In this document: positions 38,481-53,000 of the stretch, in pieces
Layout of the letters: each line of letters opens with the position of its first letter
Numbering within the stretch: position 1 is the stretch's first letter
From: Zootoca vivipara
Lineage: Eukaryota
Reading direction: 5' to 3'
Length of the DNA: 64,000 bases
Assembly: GCF_963506605.1 (NCBI RefSeq)
Contig: NC_083277.1
Span: 44,144,001 to 44,208,000 of the forward strand
The notes under the pieces: model-generated
Database searches by the model: none
What the model saw: only the letters and a program-made list of their open reading frames with translations
Told to the model about the DNA's origin: nothing
Translations under genes and position numbers: made by a program

Positions 38481-40987
38481 TTGCAGTGCATAACACAACT
38501 TATTTGTAAAATTGCCCAAATCATCTCTTAATCAATTGTGACTCTTCTCAAGACATTCTTTAGCTTAAAGGTCACATTACTTTATATGAAAGGCCACTCT
38601 CTTCAGATAAGGTTCATTCTAAAGTAAGGATCAATCTTATATACCACCAGGGAATGGTGGGATAGATCCAGCGAAGCCTAAACAGTTTTCTGCTTACAGA
38701 ATAGGGCTTTTCTCTCCCCTCCATCCCCGTTTCTCCCATGGCCCTGAAAAGATGTTCTTGAAGGTCAGAGAAATGGTGTGCTATGGGTCATGAGGGGCTA
38801 TAGTTGAAGAGGGAATCAGCAACATTCAAGAGCCACAGTTTTGATGGTACAAAGAGGTTGATGGCTGACCTGCCCTTGAACAGCCCTCATCGTGTGTGTG
38901 TACTTCACTTGCGTGCGCGCGACAAAATTATCAACTAAGGTCATTTCTAATACAATGGGGTGCATAATCAGGCACAGATTGCTTTAAAGGAAATGGCAAA
39001 GGACAATGAAAAGGGACTCCAGTCCAGTGCACTTGAAACTGGTACTGTACTTTTTCGGCACATATATTATCAACTATATTGCACAAGGTACATTGGCAGA
39101 CTTAAAATTGTGATGCAAGAATTTACTATTACTGCCCAAGCCCTGTCCTTATTTAGCTGCTACAGTTTGAACCCAAACTAGTAATGTGCTGCCTTAGGCC
39201 ATTGATCTTCCTATTCGCCTCAGCAAACCTTGAAGATACCAAATCACATATGAGAGTTTCTCCTCAAGACCACTTTGTAGCTAATTCAGAACCTTGGGCA
39301 ATTATACCCAAATTCTAACTCCAGTAAGATAGATAGCCACAAATCTTACAGAAAATAAAAAATGTGTTTGAGAAACTCAAGCTTTTTTTTGGAATCTATG
39401 AAGAACTGCTTAAGTCAACGATCTCTCCCTCTCTCTCTGTGTGTGTGTGTATGCGCGTGATTCATGTGGGTATTGCTATATTGTCCTCTTGTATATTTGT
39501 TTATAGTTTTACAAGCAAAGGAGTGCATTAGTTGCATAGCAACGACTTGGATCTAAAATTATCCTTTGCCCAATATCTTATGTCATTCTTGCAGCTTGGC
39601 TAAGCAAGAGGAAGTCAGTGATATATTGTTCATCCTGCAGTGTGGAATGTGGGAGAGGAAAAGCCACACGTAGGCTTGTGTGGGTTATAAGAGGCCACAA
39701 CTTTATTGATTACAGCTTACTGAGTTTTGGCGTGGCATAGGATGGGATCCAGTTATCAGGCAGCTGTTGATGGAAGTTGCATGACTTGCAGGCCAACCAC
39801 TGTGTGCACTGATACCACTGATATCCTATCCTACAGCCTGGAATGAAGTACGTGTGCTGCCTCCCTGAGGCCTTGAAGCACCACCCAGGATCCCTTAAGG
39901 GGATCTCCCAGAGGGAAGAGAGGTGCTCATCCCTGCTCTGGATTCAACCCAATGCCTTTCCACTTGCAATAATGAGTTGGGGTGAAATATAAAATAATGA
40001 ACAACAACCATCAGAACACAAATGTTGCTATGAGGAAGGTCAAAGACCCACACCAGTTGTGAATGTGCGTGTCAATCAGTAGCTAACCTTCCTTCATAGC
40101 AAACTTAAGTCTCTTTCCTTAAAGTTCTCCCTACACTCTGCTCCCTGGTCTTGCTTCCTAAGCTCCACTGGCAGCACTGGTTGTTCCTGGGCAGTGGTTG
40201 CCACACAACTGGGCAGTGCCGTACAGCGGAAGCAGCACTAAAAGGGTTTGGGTCTGCTTCCTTCCCACATCCCACGTGGTGCAGCAAATTGATGTTTCCA
40301 GAAAGCGAGGTCCGGGGCTTGTAAGTTATCATGATCATGCAGGAGCTTGAGGAAATGCTTGGCAAAGTTTTGAAGGGTTCCTTTAGAAACAAAAACGCTT
40401 CTTTTTAAAGGATTTGGGAAACGTAGGCATTTCCAGAAAAGGGATAGTACATTACTGAGTAATATCTAAGGTATTAAGAGATCTGGGATTCCATGATAAC
40501 ATTTTTTGGGGGGAATGATCTGTGAAGAAAGCTTTCCTAGACTGGCCTTATTATACATAAGAAGCATACCCAATAAATAATTTGTTTGAATAATATGGGT
40601 TGGATCCCCCTCTAGAGCTACATCCATTGAAGAAATGATAGCACTGACAACATTATGCAAATAACAGAAGGCTCAGCACAACATGGTTTTTAGCACAAAC
40701 ACATCTTGGAATGGTGTGCAACACTGAGAGCAATGCCTGGCAAATGTTGCACAAGGCCTTGTGAAAGAGATTGCACAAGAACTCGTGCTACAGAACAACA
40801 CAGTTGGATTTCAGTTCTCTTTGCTTGCACAACGGTTGTGTGCTACATTAAGAAAAGCCCCTTCCCTTTCAGAAGACGCTGCTCATTTGCAGAACAGCAT
40901 ATCTGGATTCAATAGACATTTTGCAGCATATAAATGTAATTTACTTCTAATTCAATACAATGAACTGGTAATCAAAATGTTACTCAC

Positions 40988-41068
40988 CTTGTATTTTGGA
41001 ATAGTCTTTAGAAGTTCTTTCACTGGAACATCTGTGCCCACCACTCCCAAAAGAATGCCTTTCGATCT
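40988..41068 (-). CDS. CACNA2D3: CACNA2D3 exon (~16), 81 nt: RSKGILLGVVGTDVPVKELLKTIPKYK
   Basis: aaaatag|AGATCGA...ATACAAG|gtgagt. Confidence 0.97.
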
Positions 41069-42217
41069 CTATTTTAAAAGATTTTTTTGTTTGGGGGAAA
41101 ATGCAGATTAGTTGGAACAAACAATTACAGTTAGAGCACAGTAATTCAGTCAATAAGTATTTCCCATATGGATTAAAACTGCACTGAGCACTGCCGATAA
41201 CTAGCTAATTCTTCCAACTATTTGACAAGGTATTATGGGTGGCTGCAGCTAATCTGGCTGAATACGCACACAAACAAAATCAATAGATGTCTTCTTTACC
41301 CTACCCTAGAAATAAAATCAAAGGTTGTGTGCAAAGTTGCAGCTGATAAGGATGCTTTCAATTAAACACTCTGACTCAGGAAGCCCCATCCAGACAAAAA
41401 ATATGGCATAGAAAAATGCAATTTATCTTCTTTTTCCAAATAGCTTGCGAAGCCCAGGAGGCAAGAATTAAATGTGAAGGGCAAGGTAAATGCAAATATA
41501 AAATGTAAAATAGATTTTTAGAAACCTAGATCCCTATTATAGAAATATTTCTGGATATATACACTAGCACTAAGAAAAGAATAATTACAGACATTTGCTC
41601 CAATCGGAAAAACCACAGTGACAGCAAAAGCACACGCTTGCGCCTGTGTGCACAGATGTATAGTATCTTATGCACAAACATGTGCACATGTTGCTGCAGG
41701 GAATTTCTATGGTAAAATTGGTTACAGGTGCACATGTGTTACCCTTTTCCTGCCTGTGATCTATTCTGCCTTGAACAGTAGGCTGCTGTGCGCCCAATAC
41801 AATAGTGTGGCAGATCTGAAGAATTCAGGGCAGGATTGGGGTGCTTAGATCCTATTGAAACCTAACAGCTTCCAAGCATAAATAAAAATATATTTAGCTT
41901 TACCTAGATTGCATCCTATTTGATGTCCCCAAACTATGCTAAACAGTATTAAAAACCTTGATATTTGTGTTTTTAATGTGTGCTGCTTCTTAAAAAGGGA
42001 CAAGGTGTTTTTTTATTTATTTCAAGAACCACTGAAAGTTTACTTTTCAGTTCTTTGCTGCTAAGTATGTTGCATGGCCTTTATTTTAACACCAAGTACA
42101 CATTTATGGGGGGAAAGGTAGAGGATCCCAACAGTCGAGAAATGCATAGCTTCATCAAGACGTTCACATTGGTGCTGATTTTGTAGCACATGGCTGGTGT
42201 ATGGCGCGAGTACTTAC

Positions 42218-42289
42218 AGTCTCATTTTGCTTACTAAATACTGGCATGGCAACAGTGGTCATCAAAACCAATCCCTGATCGTCTGCAAG
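42218..42289 (-). CDS. CACNA2D3: CACNA2D3 exon (~15), 72 nt: LADDQGLVLMTTVAMPVFSKQNET
   Basis: aatgtag|CTTGCAG...TGAGACT|gtaagt. Confidence 0.96.
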
Positions 42290-45229
42290 CTACATTTAAA
42301 AAATAAGGAGAGATATTAATACAGAGCAATATGAGATGGGACCATTATCAAAGCATAGCTATGAAAGCATCCAAAGAAGTTATCTTCTGATTAATGGAAA
42401 TGATGTTTAGGAGCCCATCGCAACCTGCATTGCATTGCTTTTTAGTGCATCTAAGTGAGGCTCAGTCCAAAACATGTGCCTATAGGAAGGTGTTGTTGAA
42501 ATCATCTTTCATTTAAAGAAAGAGAAATACTGGTATATTACTGCAATCTTTTACCCATCTGTTGGATATGTATTGAATATTTTTGTATGTAGACAAATCT
42601 CCCTTAATTTTCTTCCATTTCCACTTCTCGTGGGATCCAAATTACTGCATTGTCCACAGGTTTTTTGTTTGTTTTTTTTGCAGGATGAACACTCTGATAG
42701 TAGTAGATGATGGTAGCCTTTGAGCTAGTACCTAAACTCCACTGGGCTGCTTCTTACATGGCTTTCATGCCAGCTTGGTAAGAAGTGAGTTGAGAGCTTA
42801 TGGCTCTCAGCCATAGTCATTTCCACAATCTCCGATGCATTGCAGCTATGTTAGAGATCATGTACGACAATGCTGCTGACCTCCGTGAACTCCTGGCTCA
42901 CAGACTGCATATAGCTCATGCAAACACAGATGACAGGCAAATTCCCTGTTAGCGAAAAAACAGTGCTGAACCAGTCTTCTACCTCCTGCTTTCCCATGGC
43001 CAAATTCAGCCCCAGCATTGGGAAACAATCAAGTTCTATGTTGTCACCAAACATATGGCAACCACATATTAAGATTGTGACTAGAGAAACGGGGACATAT
43101 CCCCCCCCCCCCCGCCCCGGTAGATTTGTGATGGACAATTTTGACTGTTTGCGAAACTGTTCCTGGAAGAATATAAAACTAAGTCTTTATATTATTCCTC
43201 ATATCTCAAAGTTCATATCTCGAAGTTTTTTTTACCTGTAAAGCTGGTATAATGTGGTTTTGCCAGTCAGTGGGAGTTGAGGCATTAATAGTTACTATAC
43301 GATAGCCTTTCATGTAATCTTATGAACAAAGTACACATATAAAGAATTGCTTTATATGGATTACTACTCAATATACTATTTATTTACAAAGCACATTATG
43401 TGGGAGATTAACACTGTGACAGGATATACAGAATTAAGTCACACACACCACACACACACACACATGCACTAAACTAGTCGGGGGCAAGCATATGTTTGGA
43501 ATTTTAAAAATACTGTATATCTCTCTGGATCTTCCCTCCCACACAATTCCCACACATCCCTCAATCCCCTCTAGCCAGGGGCTGTTGAAATGTTCCCTCC
43601 CAGCCACAGTGACATCACTTGTAGGAGCACAACAATGGGTCCAGACAGTATGGCTGAGGTTTCCAGGGTGTAGTGCCAGAAAGCACGTGAGTTATGCACT
43701 CAGGTGTGCCCCCACAGTGTCCTGTAGCACAGCACTTTGGGTGGATGCAGAGTTTTGCCATCTTACAAATGTATATTGGCATGGATAGTTTACAGGTACA
43801 AAGAGCTATCAAAACACGCTGCCATTTCCCCAGGGAGAAACAATAGTTCAAGCAGTCCACCGCCACTGAGAGAATACCACACCTCAAAGTATTTTAGAAA
43901 GTCCATAGCAAAACATCCAACATTTAGCAGAATGTGTATTTAGCTAAAGCACCTGATGTTATATTGACAGGTAGGGATTGAATAGAAGTTATGGGCTGAC
44001 TCTAGAATTAAGCATCTATAATGGAGCTGATTTCTCCACCCCTCCTTCCTGTAAAATAGGGTGCAATGTGGCATGGGGAGGGCTGAGGGGGGAGGAAGGA
44101 TCCTGGAAAACTTGGCAAAAGTGTATTTCACAAGCAGAGCTCCCACTCTCTGAGGTTGCCTGATGTGTGTGTGTGTGGGGGGGTCACCCATCTGCCCATG
44201 CTACAGCCTACCATTCAGTAGGGTCCCCCCAACTCTTGGTGGACCATTTTTGAGGAGGCTGCAATGCAGAGGAGAAAGCAGGTATGTCTGCTTCTGCCAG
44301 CACTGTTATGCACACTTAATTCTGAATCCAACTATTCATTTTTCAAATTGTTTCACAGCCATTTTATTACATGGCTCTTTGATATAATTAGCAAAAAAAC
44401 ATGGCCAAGACATGATGGAAGCTGGAGGGTGTTGTTTTCTCTTTGAAGGCGGTGAACCACCCAAGCAATGTTGTTCCTGGACAGTCAACAAATGCCTAAA
44501 CAAGCAAATGCTTTAATTGGTATATTCCACTGGAATCCATAGGAATTCTGTTATCACGAAATAAGGTAATCATAAGCACGTGTAAGTTTAAATCTAAAAT
44601 AAAATACTTTTTAAAAGATGATAAACCAAGTGGAAATTAGCTAGCTTCTGAAGACAGGAGTCTTAACGTAGTTAGTGAAGGAGTCCCATGGGTTCAAACA
44701 ACATATTTATTAATAATTTGTATAAACAGAGAAGTAGGACAAAAATGTTAAATGGCTAAAGCATCAGATTGAATGTTTTTACAGCTGCCAAATATCACTA
44801 TTTTCTGAACTGGAAAGCACATTGTGAAAGGAATGCCCAACATGAATGAAACTGTTCAGACATTATGCATTTGCTTTTTAAGTTATAAAATGGTTACTTT
44901 CTGTTTAAAGGTTGTTCTTGCCAGGGATGCAAAATATCAGGGAAAATACAAACTCAAGAAACTGAAACGTAAAGAGTGGGAAAGGAGAAGAAACCTAGTT
45001 AATATAGGAAACAGAAATGTAGTGAACTATATTGCCTTTCCGGATGGCCTATAACGTTGGAAGGCAGATTGAAATTAGCGTATAGAAATGAAGCTGGCAA
45101 GCATACCAAAAAAGCAAAGAAGAGCAAGAAATTGGAAGTAGCAGCCAGGACAGATAATACTGCAGAGAAGGTTATGTGAACTGTAGTCCAACAACATCTG
45201 GAGGGCACCAGATTGGCGGAGGCTGGTGT

Positions 45230-45939
45230 CAGGGCCGGATTTAGGTTTGATGAGGCCCTCAGCTACTGAAGGTAATGGGGCCCTTTATATGTCCAGCTGT
45301 CCTTTGTCAACAACAAACTGTCGCTGTTTTTGTGTGTGTTGCATATATGCTATATCAGGGGTCACCAAACTACGGCCCCCGGGCCGGATGCGGCCCAATT
45401 GGCCTTCCAATCCGGCCCACGATGACCCCCGCCGCCCGCTGCCGCCGCCCGCTCTTACAGCACGCGGCGACGATCTTAACAATCGGCAAAAAATCGCCGA
45501 AAATCCTTTGTGCGCATGCGTATGGGCCCCTCCCGACCCAGAAGAGGTCATTTCCGATGCACTTCCAGGTCGGGGGAGGCCCATTCGCATGCACACAAGC
45601 GATTTTCGGCGATTTTTTCCCGACCGTGTGCATGTGCGCATGCGCACGGGTGTGCACTCCCCCGCCCTCCGGCCCGCTGCGCGTGCACTCCCCTACCCTC
45701 CGGCCCGCCGCGCGGTAAGTCTGGGGATCCCTGTGCTATATGATAATTTATGGACCTAATAGGTATCTAAAGCCATTTGCACGTAACAAAATATGTATTT
45801 TATCAAAGTAATTGTTGAATTGAAATACAATTAAGAAGAAGTATTTTAATAGTGAAATACTTTTAATCCCCCCCCCCACACACAAAAGAGTGGGGCCCTA
45901 AGATACAGCTTGTTTAGCTTATACATAAATCCGGCACTG
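45230..45939. mobile_element. hAT non-autonomous element (host of a nested MITE)
   Basis: cagggccggattta...taaatccggcactg; 8-bp TSD gctggtgt (45222-45229 / 45940-45947). Confidence 0.9.
45356..45733. mobile_element. Young CpG-rich hAT MITE nested in 45230-45939
   Basis: caggggtcaccaaact...agtctggggatccctg; 8-bp TSD tgctatat (45348-45355 / 45734-45741). Confidence 0.92.
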
Positions 45940-47420
45940 GCTGGTGTAGATTATTTATGCTGCAAAGAGAATCCCCCTTGCATCAGGCTGTTCCAGCCCC
46001 CTAGCTGTTCCAGCCTCTGCTTGGGGAGTGCTGCATATACAGAATTCTCCATTCCACCAGCCCAATGTGTAAGTGGGCAGAAGTGTCACTGGCGGTATTC
46101 AGGCTAGCGAAGTGATATACCTGCCTCCTTCCAATGTCTTCCACCTCAGCCAGCATGAGCTGCAGGACTGCACACTGTTCTCCAGCCCCAGAGGTTGGCT
46201 GCACCCTTAGATGCCCTTGAGTTATCTCAGGCAAAGATAACTTTGAGGACAGGAACTGAGATGTGCTGCTCCATGGATATGATGGCTTCCAGGGAAGCAG
46301 AAAAAACTTTCAGAAATTCCATGAGGTAATATGTCCATCTTCCACAACACTTTGCTACCGATCTCAAGAGTCATTCCATTCCTATCCTTTATACCTGGTC
46401 AACAGAAGATGCTTCAAGCATCTGAAAAAAAGTGGTCTCTAGTCCACAGTAAGTTATATATTGCACCATAAATCTGTTAGTCTTTAAAATACCATAAGGT
46501 TAATATGGTTGCCTTCCTGAAACGTTCCAGCTTAACTCTAATTGTTATGTTAGGGAAAACATTAACATATTATGTAAGAAGCGGGAAGCCACAAAGCAGA
46601 AGCAATTGAAATAAAAAAAACAGAGCAAGTCTTCCAGACATTGCATCAAGCTTTCTGAATGTTTCTCTTTACATAAATAGGTGAACAGAGCTGAGTCACT
46701 TTTCCTAATGGAACTTGTTAACTATGAGTTGGTGACCAAATAAGAGAATTTCCCCCCAAAGATTAATGTAATATAAAATTTAGCCATCCTTGACATTGCT
46801 ATATATTCCTGGCCTATTAATTCTATTCTTCCTAGAAGTTATTGTACTGTATAGCTGAAGGTGTTTAATAAGCTAGTTCTAGGCAGGATTTTAATAAAGT
46901 AGAAGAGCAAACCAAGTGCAAAGTTTTATAAAGTGAGGGTCCAGAATTCTAGGCATGCATAAGAGAACTGTGGGAAGGTAGGATCAAGTCTTCCTCCTGA
47001 GCCTCACACCTGGTACATAGATGGATATGTATGGCAACACAGAAAAGGAAGGCAGTGGTGACACAGGAGGCTAGTGGAGAGTGCAAACGGACTGTTTCCC
47101 CCCAGCTGAGACAACAGAAGCCCAAAAGTAGGCAGAGTGAGAACCAGTGTCAGGTGGAATCGACTAATTCTAGTTTGGTCTTCATCATCCACCCAACAGT
47201 AAGCAGGCACCAGTGCTCAAAACTCCAAAAAGTGGGAGTGCAGTTTCTGGGGAAACCCTTTTCCTGGATGGATTGAGAAAACAAGCAGTTCCCCCTGATA
47301 AGTGATTCGAAGCAAGCAAGCAGCCAGAAAGAGAGAGAGAGAGAGAGAACAAGAAACACCAAGGCAAGGGAAATCTGAATACCTTCTGCCTAGATATTAC
47401 AAATTCCACACAAGGTAGAA

Positions 47421-47422
<2 letters not shown>

Positions 47423-47470
<48 letters not shown>
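47423..47470. repeat. (TTA)n microsatellite
   Basis: Direct reading. Confidence 0.95.
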
Positions 47471-48024
47471 GTTTCTATTTCTTGGACAGAGGGCACAGTT
47501 CACAGTAGAGGCAGGGATTGCCGAAAGGCAGATGGAGGGACAATCTCCAAACCTTATTCTGAAAGGATTGTGTTCTTGGTTTTATTTGTAAAGAATGGTT
47601 TTGAATGCTCCCCTTCTAACACGACCAACCCTATAAACATTTCACATTACGCTTGGAAGACATGTTGTCCACATAGGGCGACAGCCTCCTGCTTTGGCTG
47701 GCCCAAATACTTCCATGCACTGTGCTCAGGCAGTACCGGTATGTGATGTATATTGTGTCGGAAGGGAGCTCCCCAACCCCCGCCCAACAAGTCACTGCAG
47801 CTCTCAGGAATATGGCCACTGTATGAGGTATTTTGGTGGAGACTTTAAGATTTCCAAGACCGGAGATCATTTACAAGATTTGTGCCTGCAAATCATGTTG
47901 TGTGAATTGGCCCAAAAGTTAGACCTTTTATAACAAGTGTTTATCGCTAGGTTAGTGCCTTAAATTCTAATACAAAACCCCCCCAACCCACCGTTTGTTT
48001 CTGTCAATGTTAATACCAACTCCT

Positions 48025-48026
<2 letters not shown>

Positions 48027-48055
<29 letters not shown>
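48027..48055. repeat. (TG)n microsatellite
   Basis: Direct reading. Confidence 0.95.
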
Positions 48056-48059
<4 letters not shown>

Positions 48060-49715
48060 GAATTTATTTTTAAGATCTTCAGCATTCCTACTCCAAATAG
48101 AAGGATGTGTGTTTGTCCTTTGAAATGCAAGAATAATTAGATTAAACCCAGTAACGAAGTCCAGATTCTCCAACCCCCATTTGCTTTGATTTTTAAAGGT
48201 AAACACATTGTCATTTCTTTTTAAGTGCTATTGCAAAGGGGTATTTTTTTTACATTTCATGAGACATCTACATTTCCTAATTGTAAATGATATGCACAAA
48301 ATTTAAATGGAAGGAAACTTCTTAAGAGATAATGATTTTGGGAGGGAGGGGGAGGAAGTGTGGGGTTTTTTTTGTTGAGAAATAGAACTTTGGGTTTTAT
48401 ATTATGACTCTCCTTTTGAGGTTTTTATAACACCAGTTTTTTTTTTTAAAAAACTATTCAAAGGACCAGTTCAGCATTTAACATAGTAGAATAGTCAAAT
48501 TCTATAGGCTCACAAGATTCCAGGCACCGGGGGGGGGGGGCTTCAGGATGCTGTGCATGTAATATAAGAAGAACTGGAAAATAAAAAACTGCTCTTTCCG
48601 CCCCTGAAAATAAATAAAACAGATTTACTTTTAGTTACAGCCTGATCCTGTGATGATCATACAACTTCTTCATAGGGGCCTACATGTGTAGAAGCCAGTC
48701 TTCATAGGCATGAAAAATGTGATCCAGTATGATTCAATTTTGTGATACACAGATCAGTGATTAGAGTCTACATGTGTTGGGATCCACCTATGCTGATGTT
48801 GATCATGATGCTCCTCCAGGCACACAAGCATTAGCTTTAAAAAGAGTTTAAATGCACCGCAAAGAAAATAAGCAGCAGCACTCCAGAAAAACAACAACCC
48901 ATAAATAGCTACTGTCCCATTATATTGTTCCTTTGTACTTCATTTGGTTCAATTTAACTTTTTAGATAACTTTAATAAAAAATCCTTTAAAAAATTGCTG
49001 ATGCACTTCCACGGCAATATCAGGGTTGCAAATTTTCCACTTTTCCTTGTAATTCAGCACCTTGAAGTAGGAAAAAGTAAATGAAGCAGCGAATGATAAA
49101 TGATGTGTCTAGCTTTTTGGAAACAGAATAGTGTCAAGATAAAAGGACAGCAAGCCTTGCCCAAATAAGTTAAGACTCAAAGAGCAAAGAAGCTGCTGGA
49201 AACTTTGAGGGAGCAAGATTATAGTCTAAAAACATTTCGGGCAGGGGGGAACCATGTTTTCAATGAAGCAAAATTATTTTTTCCAAGGCTGACTCTCTTT
49301 CATTACTATGGCTAATATATAGTCCCTCCTGTTTCATACAGGCTCAGTACTAAATACCTCACAACAGGAATAAGGTAACACAGCTCAAAGCCTGCTGTTT
49401 CAACAAAGCAAGTAAAACAATGCCCCAGTGGGCTATTACATAGGAGTAGCTTATGCTTGAGGAACAGAATAAGTTAGAAACCAGGAGGGCTAAATACACA
49501 GATTCAAAGCCCAGAGTAAACTAATTGCTTCTCTGAATTAATTATTTGGGGTTTTGTTTATGGCATCATAAGCCTGGAAGGCTTATCCAAAAACCAAATT
49601 ATTCGGACAAGTCCAGATCTTATTACAGCATGTCTCTTCTTACATAGTGATCTAGAACTCATATTCAATTCTTATGTTTCAGAAGTGCCACAGCAGCCCC
49701 TTCACAGGATCGGTG

Positions 49716-50064
49716 CCATTCCACATAGAAAGCTGTGTGAAACAGCACACCGGACATTCACTCTATTTACAAACCCCCTATGCAAAATTTAACTCTATGT
49801 CCTTGTGTTCATTTCAAGCAGTACAGTTAATCATATGCATTTGTAGATATGAGGTCTGTCTTGCATCTCACGCTGTACCAAATGTTAACTGTTTATATAG
49901 CCTGACCAAAACATCACACAGAAGAACTTCACAAAATAACAGATGGTTACAAGTTGAAAGATTGCCCCATACTGTTAAGCTTGTGTAAAATTTGTGAGCA
50001 AATTGCTGTCCTAGCTACGTCTCTTCTCTTTTTATGGTAGTCATAATTTTTAAAAGTAACACTT
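49716..50064 (+). repeat. Copy 1 of a ~350-bp direct repeat
   Basis: Aligns by eye with 57706-58061; core 49890-49981 nearly identical. Confidence 0.9.
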
Positions 50065-53000
50065 CCACCTGTTGCTGTAGTTCTGCTGTTTTTCTCTTTA
50101 ACCTTTAGATGACTCTAGAATGCTTCCAGCCATTATTATAAGAAAGGCCACAGAAAGTTTGGTAACAAATACCAACAGAAATATCTAGTGAAAATATGTT
50201 TGATAAATGTTGACATTTACTGATAAATCATGGAAATGGATTGTACTGAAGGCACTTGGTTATTCTTCAGATGTTCTGTTGAATGACAGAAATAATTGAG
50301 TCGCCGGGGCATGACAAATGTTCCCTTTACCAATAAATTATAGGAATGTGAGTGAAATGTGGTCATTTAGGTTTTAACCTTATATACATTTGCCTAGAAG
50401 TCCCATTAACTCCATGGGGCTTACTTCTGAGAAGTCCTATATAAGATGACATTGCTGCTGAAGGAACTTTTGAGTTGCATCCACTGTTCTATTCAGAGAA
50501 GACCCACTGAAATTAATGGGCATTAGTTACTTATGTTCATTAATTTCATTGAGTTTACTCTTAGTTAGTACTAACACTGAATGCAACATTGCTAATTTTC
50601 TTACATTTATTGCTGGCAGCCGAAAAACGTATACTGGTAAATGTCAATTTGTCCTCAATTCCTACCGATGTCCGTTGCACCCATATTTTAAATAACATGC
50701 ACACTGCTTCGTATCTGGTAGGAATTTATAGTAGTTAGCTTACTTAAAACCATTTTCAGTATTTATTTTTTTGCAATAAATACTTCAAATTCTACAGTTA
50801 ATAGTAGCGTAAGAGAGAATCTGCCACTTGTCGCCAAAAAGGTTGTTTATATCCACAAAGAATAACCACACACAATCCCTAAAAGTTGATATGAGATTTC
50901 AAGCAGATAGAAATTTCAAAAAGTAAACTTGGATGGCAACATTGTTATTCTAGAATCATCTGAAGATTAAAGTGAGCATGTTTATAGAGACATGACCATT
51001 TAAAATGTTTATACAGAAAACATTTGTAGATGATACACAGATTCCAACAAAAACACAATACAAGTTCAGACACCATATGGCAAAGCGTACACTAGCATTG
51101 ATTCAAGTCATTCACAAAGAAAAGCATCAGTCCTGCACTGGTCTTCCTCAAACAAACAAATGCCAAATGGATTTGAAAACTTCTCATCATGCTTCAGTTA
51201 GTTTGGGGGGAAAGTTTCAATGTTAAACATCTCCGTGTTATTCAGAATGGGGGGGGGGACTAATTAGTACACTCAACAAAACTCCATTTCCACTCAGAAT
51301 TTCATACCAAGTTCATGTTAGCTATCAAACAACTCCCTGTTGCTTGATACAGATCTGAAGAAGAAGATGTAGCTCTGTAAATATTTCTGTTTGAGGAATG
51401 CCTTATGACTTCGTGAGCCAAATAAGCCATTAGATAGACACACATACACTGTGCATCCAATTTACGCTGCATGTCCTTAGCACTGCAACTGCTCATATAC
51501 CACCAATGACCATTTACAGACAAGTTGCAAGGAATGGGGCTACTGCATATGCAAGCAACCTCTTTTAATGAGCAATAAGGGATTTCTACTAATGAGTGAA
51601 GGTAGAAGTTACTAGTGCCTTGAAAAAAACGTATGCAAATTAAGCTAGGAGCACTAAAAATACCACGACTGCATCCAACATCTGCTAACCATAGAAGAGG
51701 CTGGAGCTAAGCCTAGGAATAAGCAGCAGTGATATTACATTTTAAACCAAACCTGTGGGATGAAAACTAACTATGAGATTTGCAACAATAACTGAAAGAC
51801 AATTATGATGCTGTTCAAGAGACTGAAGTAGAACTGAGACAATAAACCTGACTGATGAGAAAAGAATAACTATTACAATATGGAATCACTTAACAGTTTT
51901 GTAATATCACAAGGGAGACTGGCTTCTGAAGGCTGTTCCAAGTCAACTATAGAGAAACACGGATAAATTGCAGCAAGATATCTCCAACACCTATTATTGC
52001 TTCATTCTTTTCACTTTTCATATCCCTCTTTTATTTCCCTGTTTATTTCCCAGCGCAGGGCCCAAGGCTGCCTGGAAATTGCACCTAGTGGCTTGCAGGT
52101 CATTTTCCTAACAACGTCCGGTGGAGCGAATTGCGGTTACCCAATGTTTTGGAAATGGGACTGTGCATATGCTTAACGATGAGTTCATACTTAACAGGGC
52201 TGTTCCTGGCATTAAAAAGCGGTTCAAAGAATGAACTACAGTGATACCTGAAGGAAATGATTTTATTCCTTGGCGTTTGAGATGCTAAGAAAGCAACAAT
52301 TCTGCCTTTAGAACCTAGAGTTTGTGACTCTGTGCTCAAGGATATATGGAAGTCTTGTAGATCTGTAACAATGAACAACAGCATATACTCCAGAGCTGGG
52401 AACTGGTGGCATGATATTGGCATACTCTTAATAGGAATCATATCCGCCACTACTTTAAACTGGCGATCATATGCCCATAACTGACACAGTGCTTTTACCT
52501 TGGTTGCCTTTGCCTTAACTCTAGTAATAGTCCTAACAAATCACTGTACACTGTACACAAAAGCCCTTTTCAGCTGTTCATTCCATGCTGAATAAGAGGG
52601 CAGCCCCAAAGTGACAGGCTCCACCCCCCCAAAAGCCATACAGATGTTCCAACTCAAGTATTCTCTCCCCGCCCCCTTTCCTGTGGGTAGTTAGTCTGAA
52701 CTGAATGAACAACTAAAAAGGGGCTCGAGCATTTTGGTGGAAGCGTTTAACCAAAAATGGTTTTTACTAAATAATGCAGAAGAATAATGAAGCCACATTT
52801 TTGCTAAGTCTAAAAAGGCTACTAACTTTTACAAGTGGGTTTCAGGAGTTTAAAAAGATTGTGGTCAGCACAATCCTACAAAGTTGAGGCAGAAGTAAGT
52901 CCCACTGCGTTCATTAGTATGAGAATTTAGAATTGCAGCTGCAAGCATCTTCATAATGATTGTGCTTGCTCTGGAAACTAGAGTAGTTACCGTATACCGC

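Noticed and set aside
45226-45759. Overlapping 95-177 aa ORFs
   Set aside because: By-product of the GC-rich nested MITE; no transposase motifs. The same applies to ORFs at 16500-16990 and 36095-36700
46550-46580. A second microexon copy expected if the direct repeat marked a full 8-kb tandem duplication
   Set aside because: No LPQAQK-like sequence at about -8 kb, the +8 kb position is BovB, and I see no other collinear similarity
52100-52450. 116-aa minus-strand ORF as a possible retrogene
   Set aside because: Non-ATG start, no recognisable domain, no poly(A) tail or TSD
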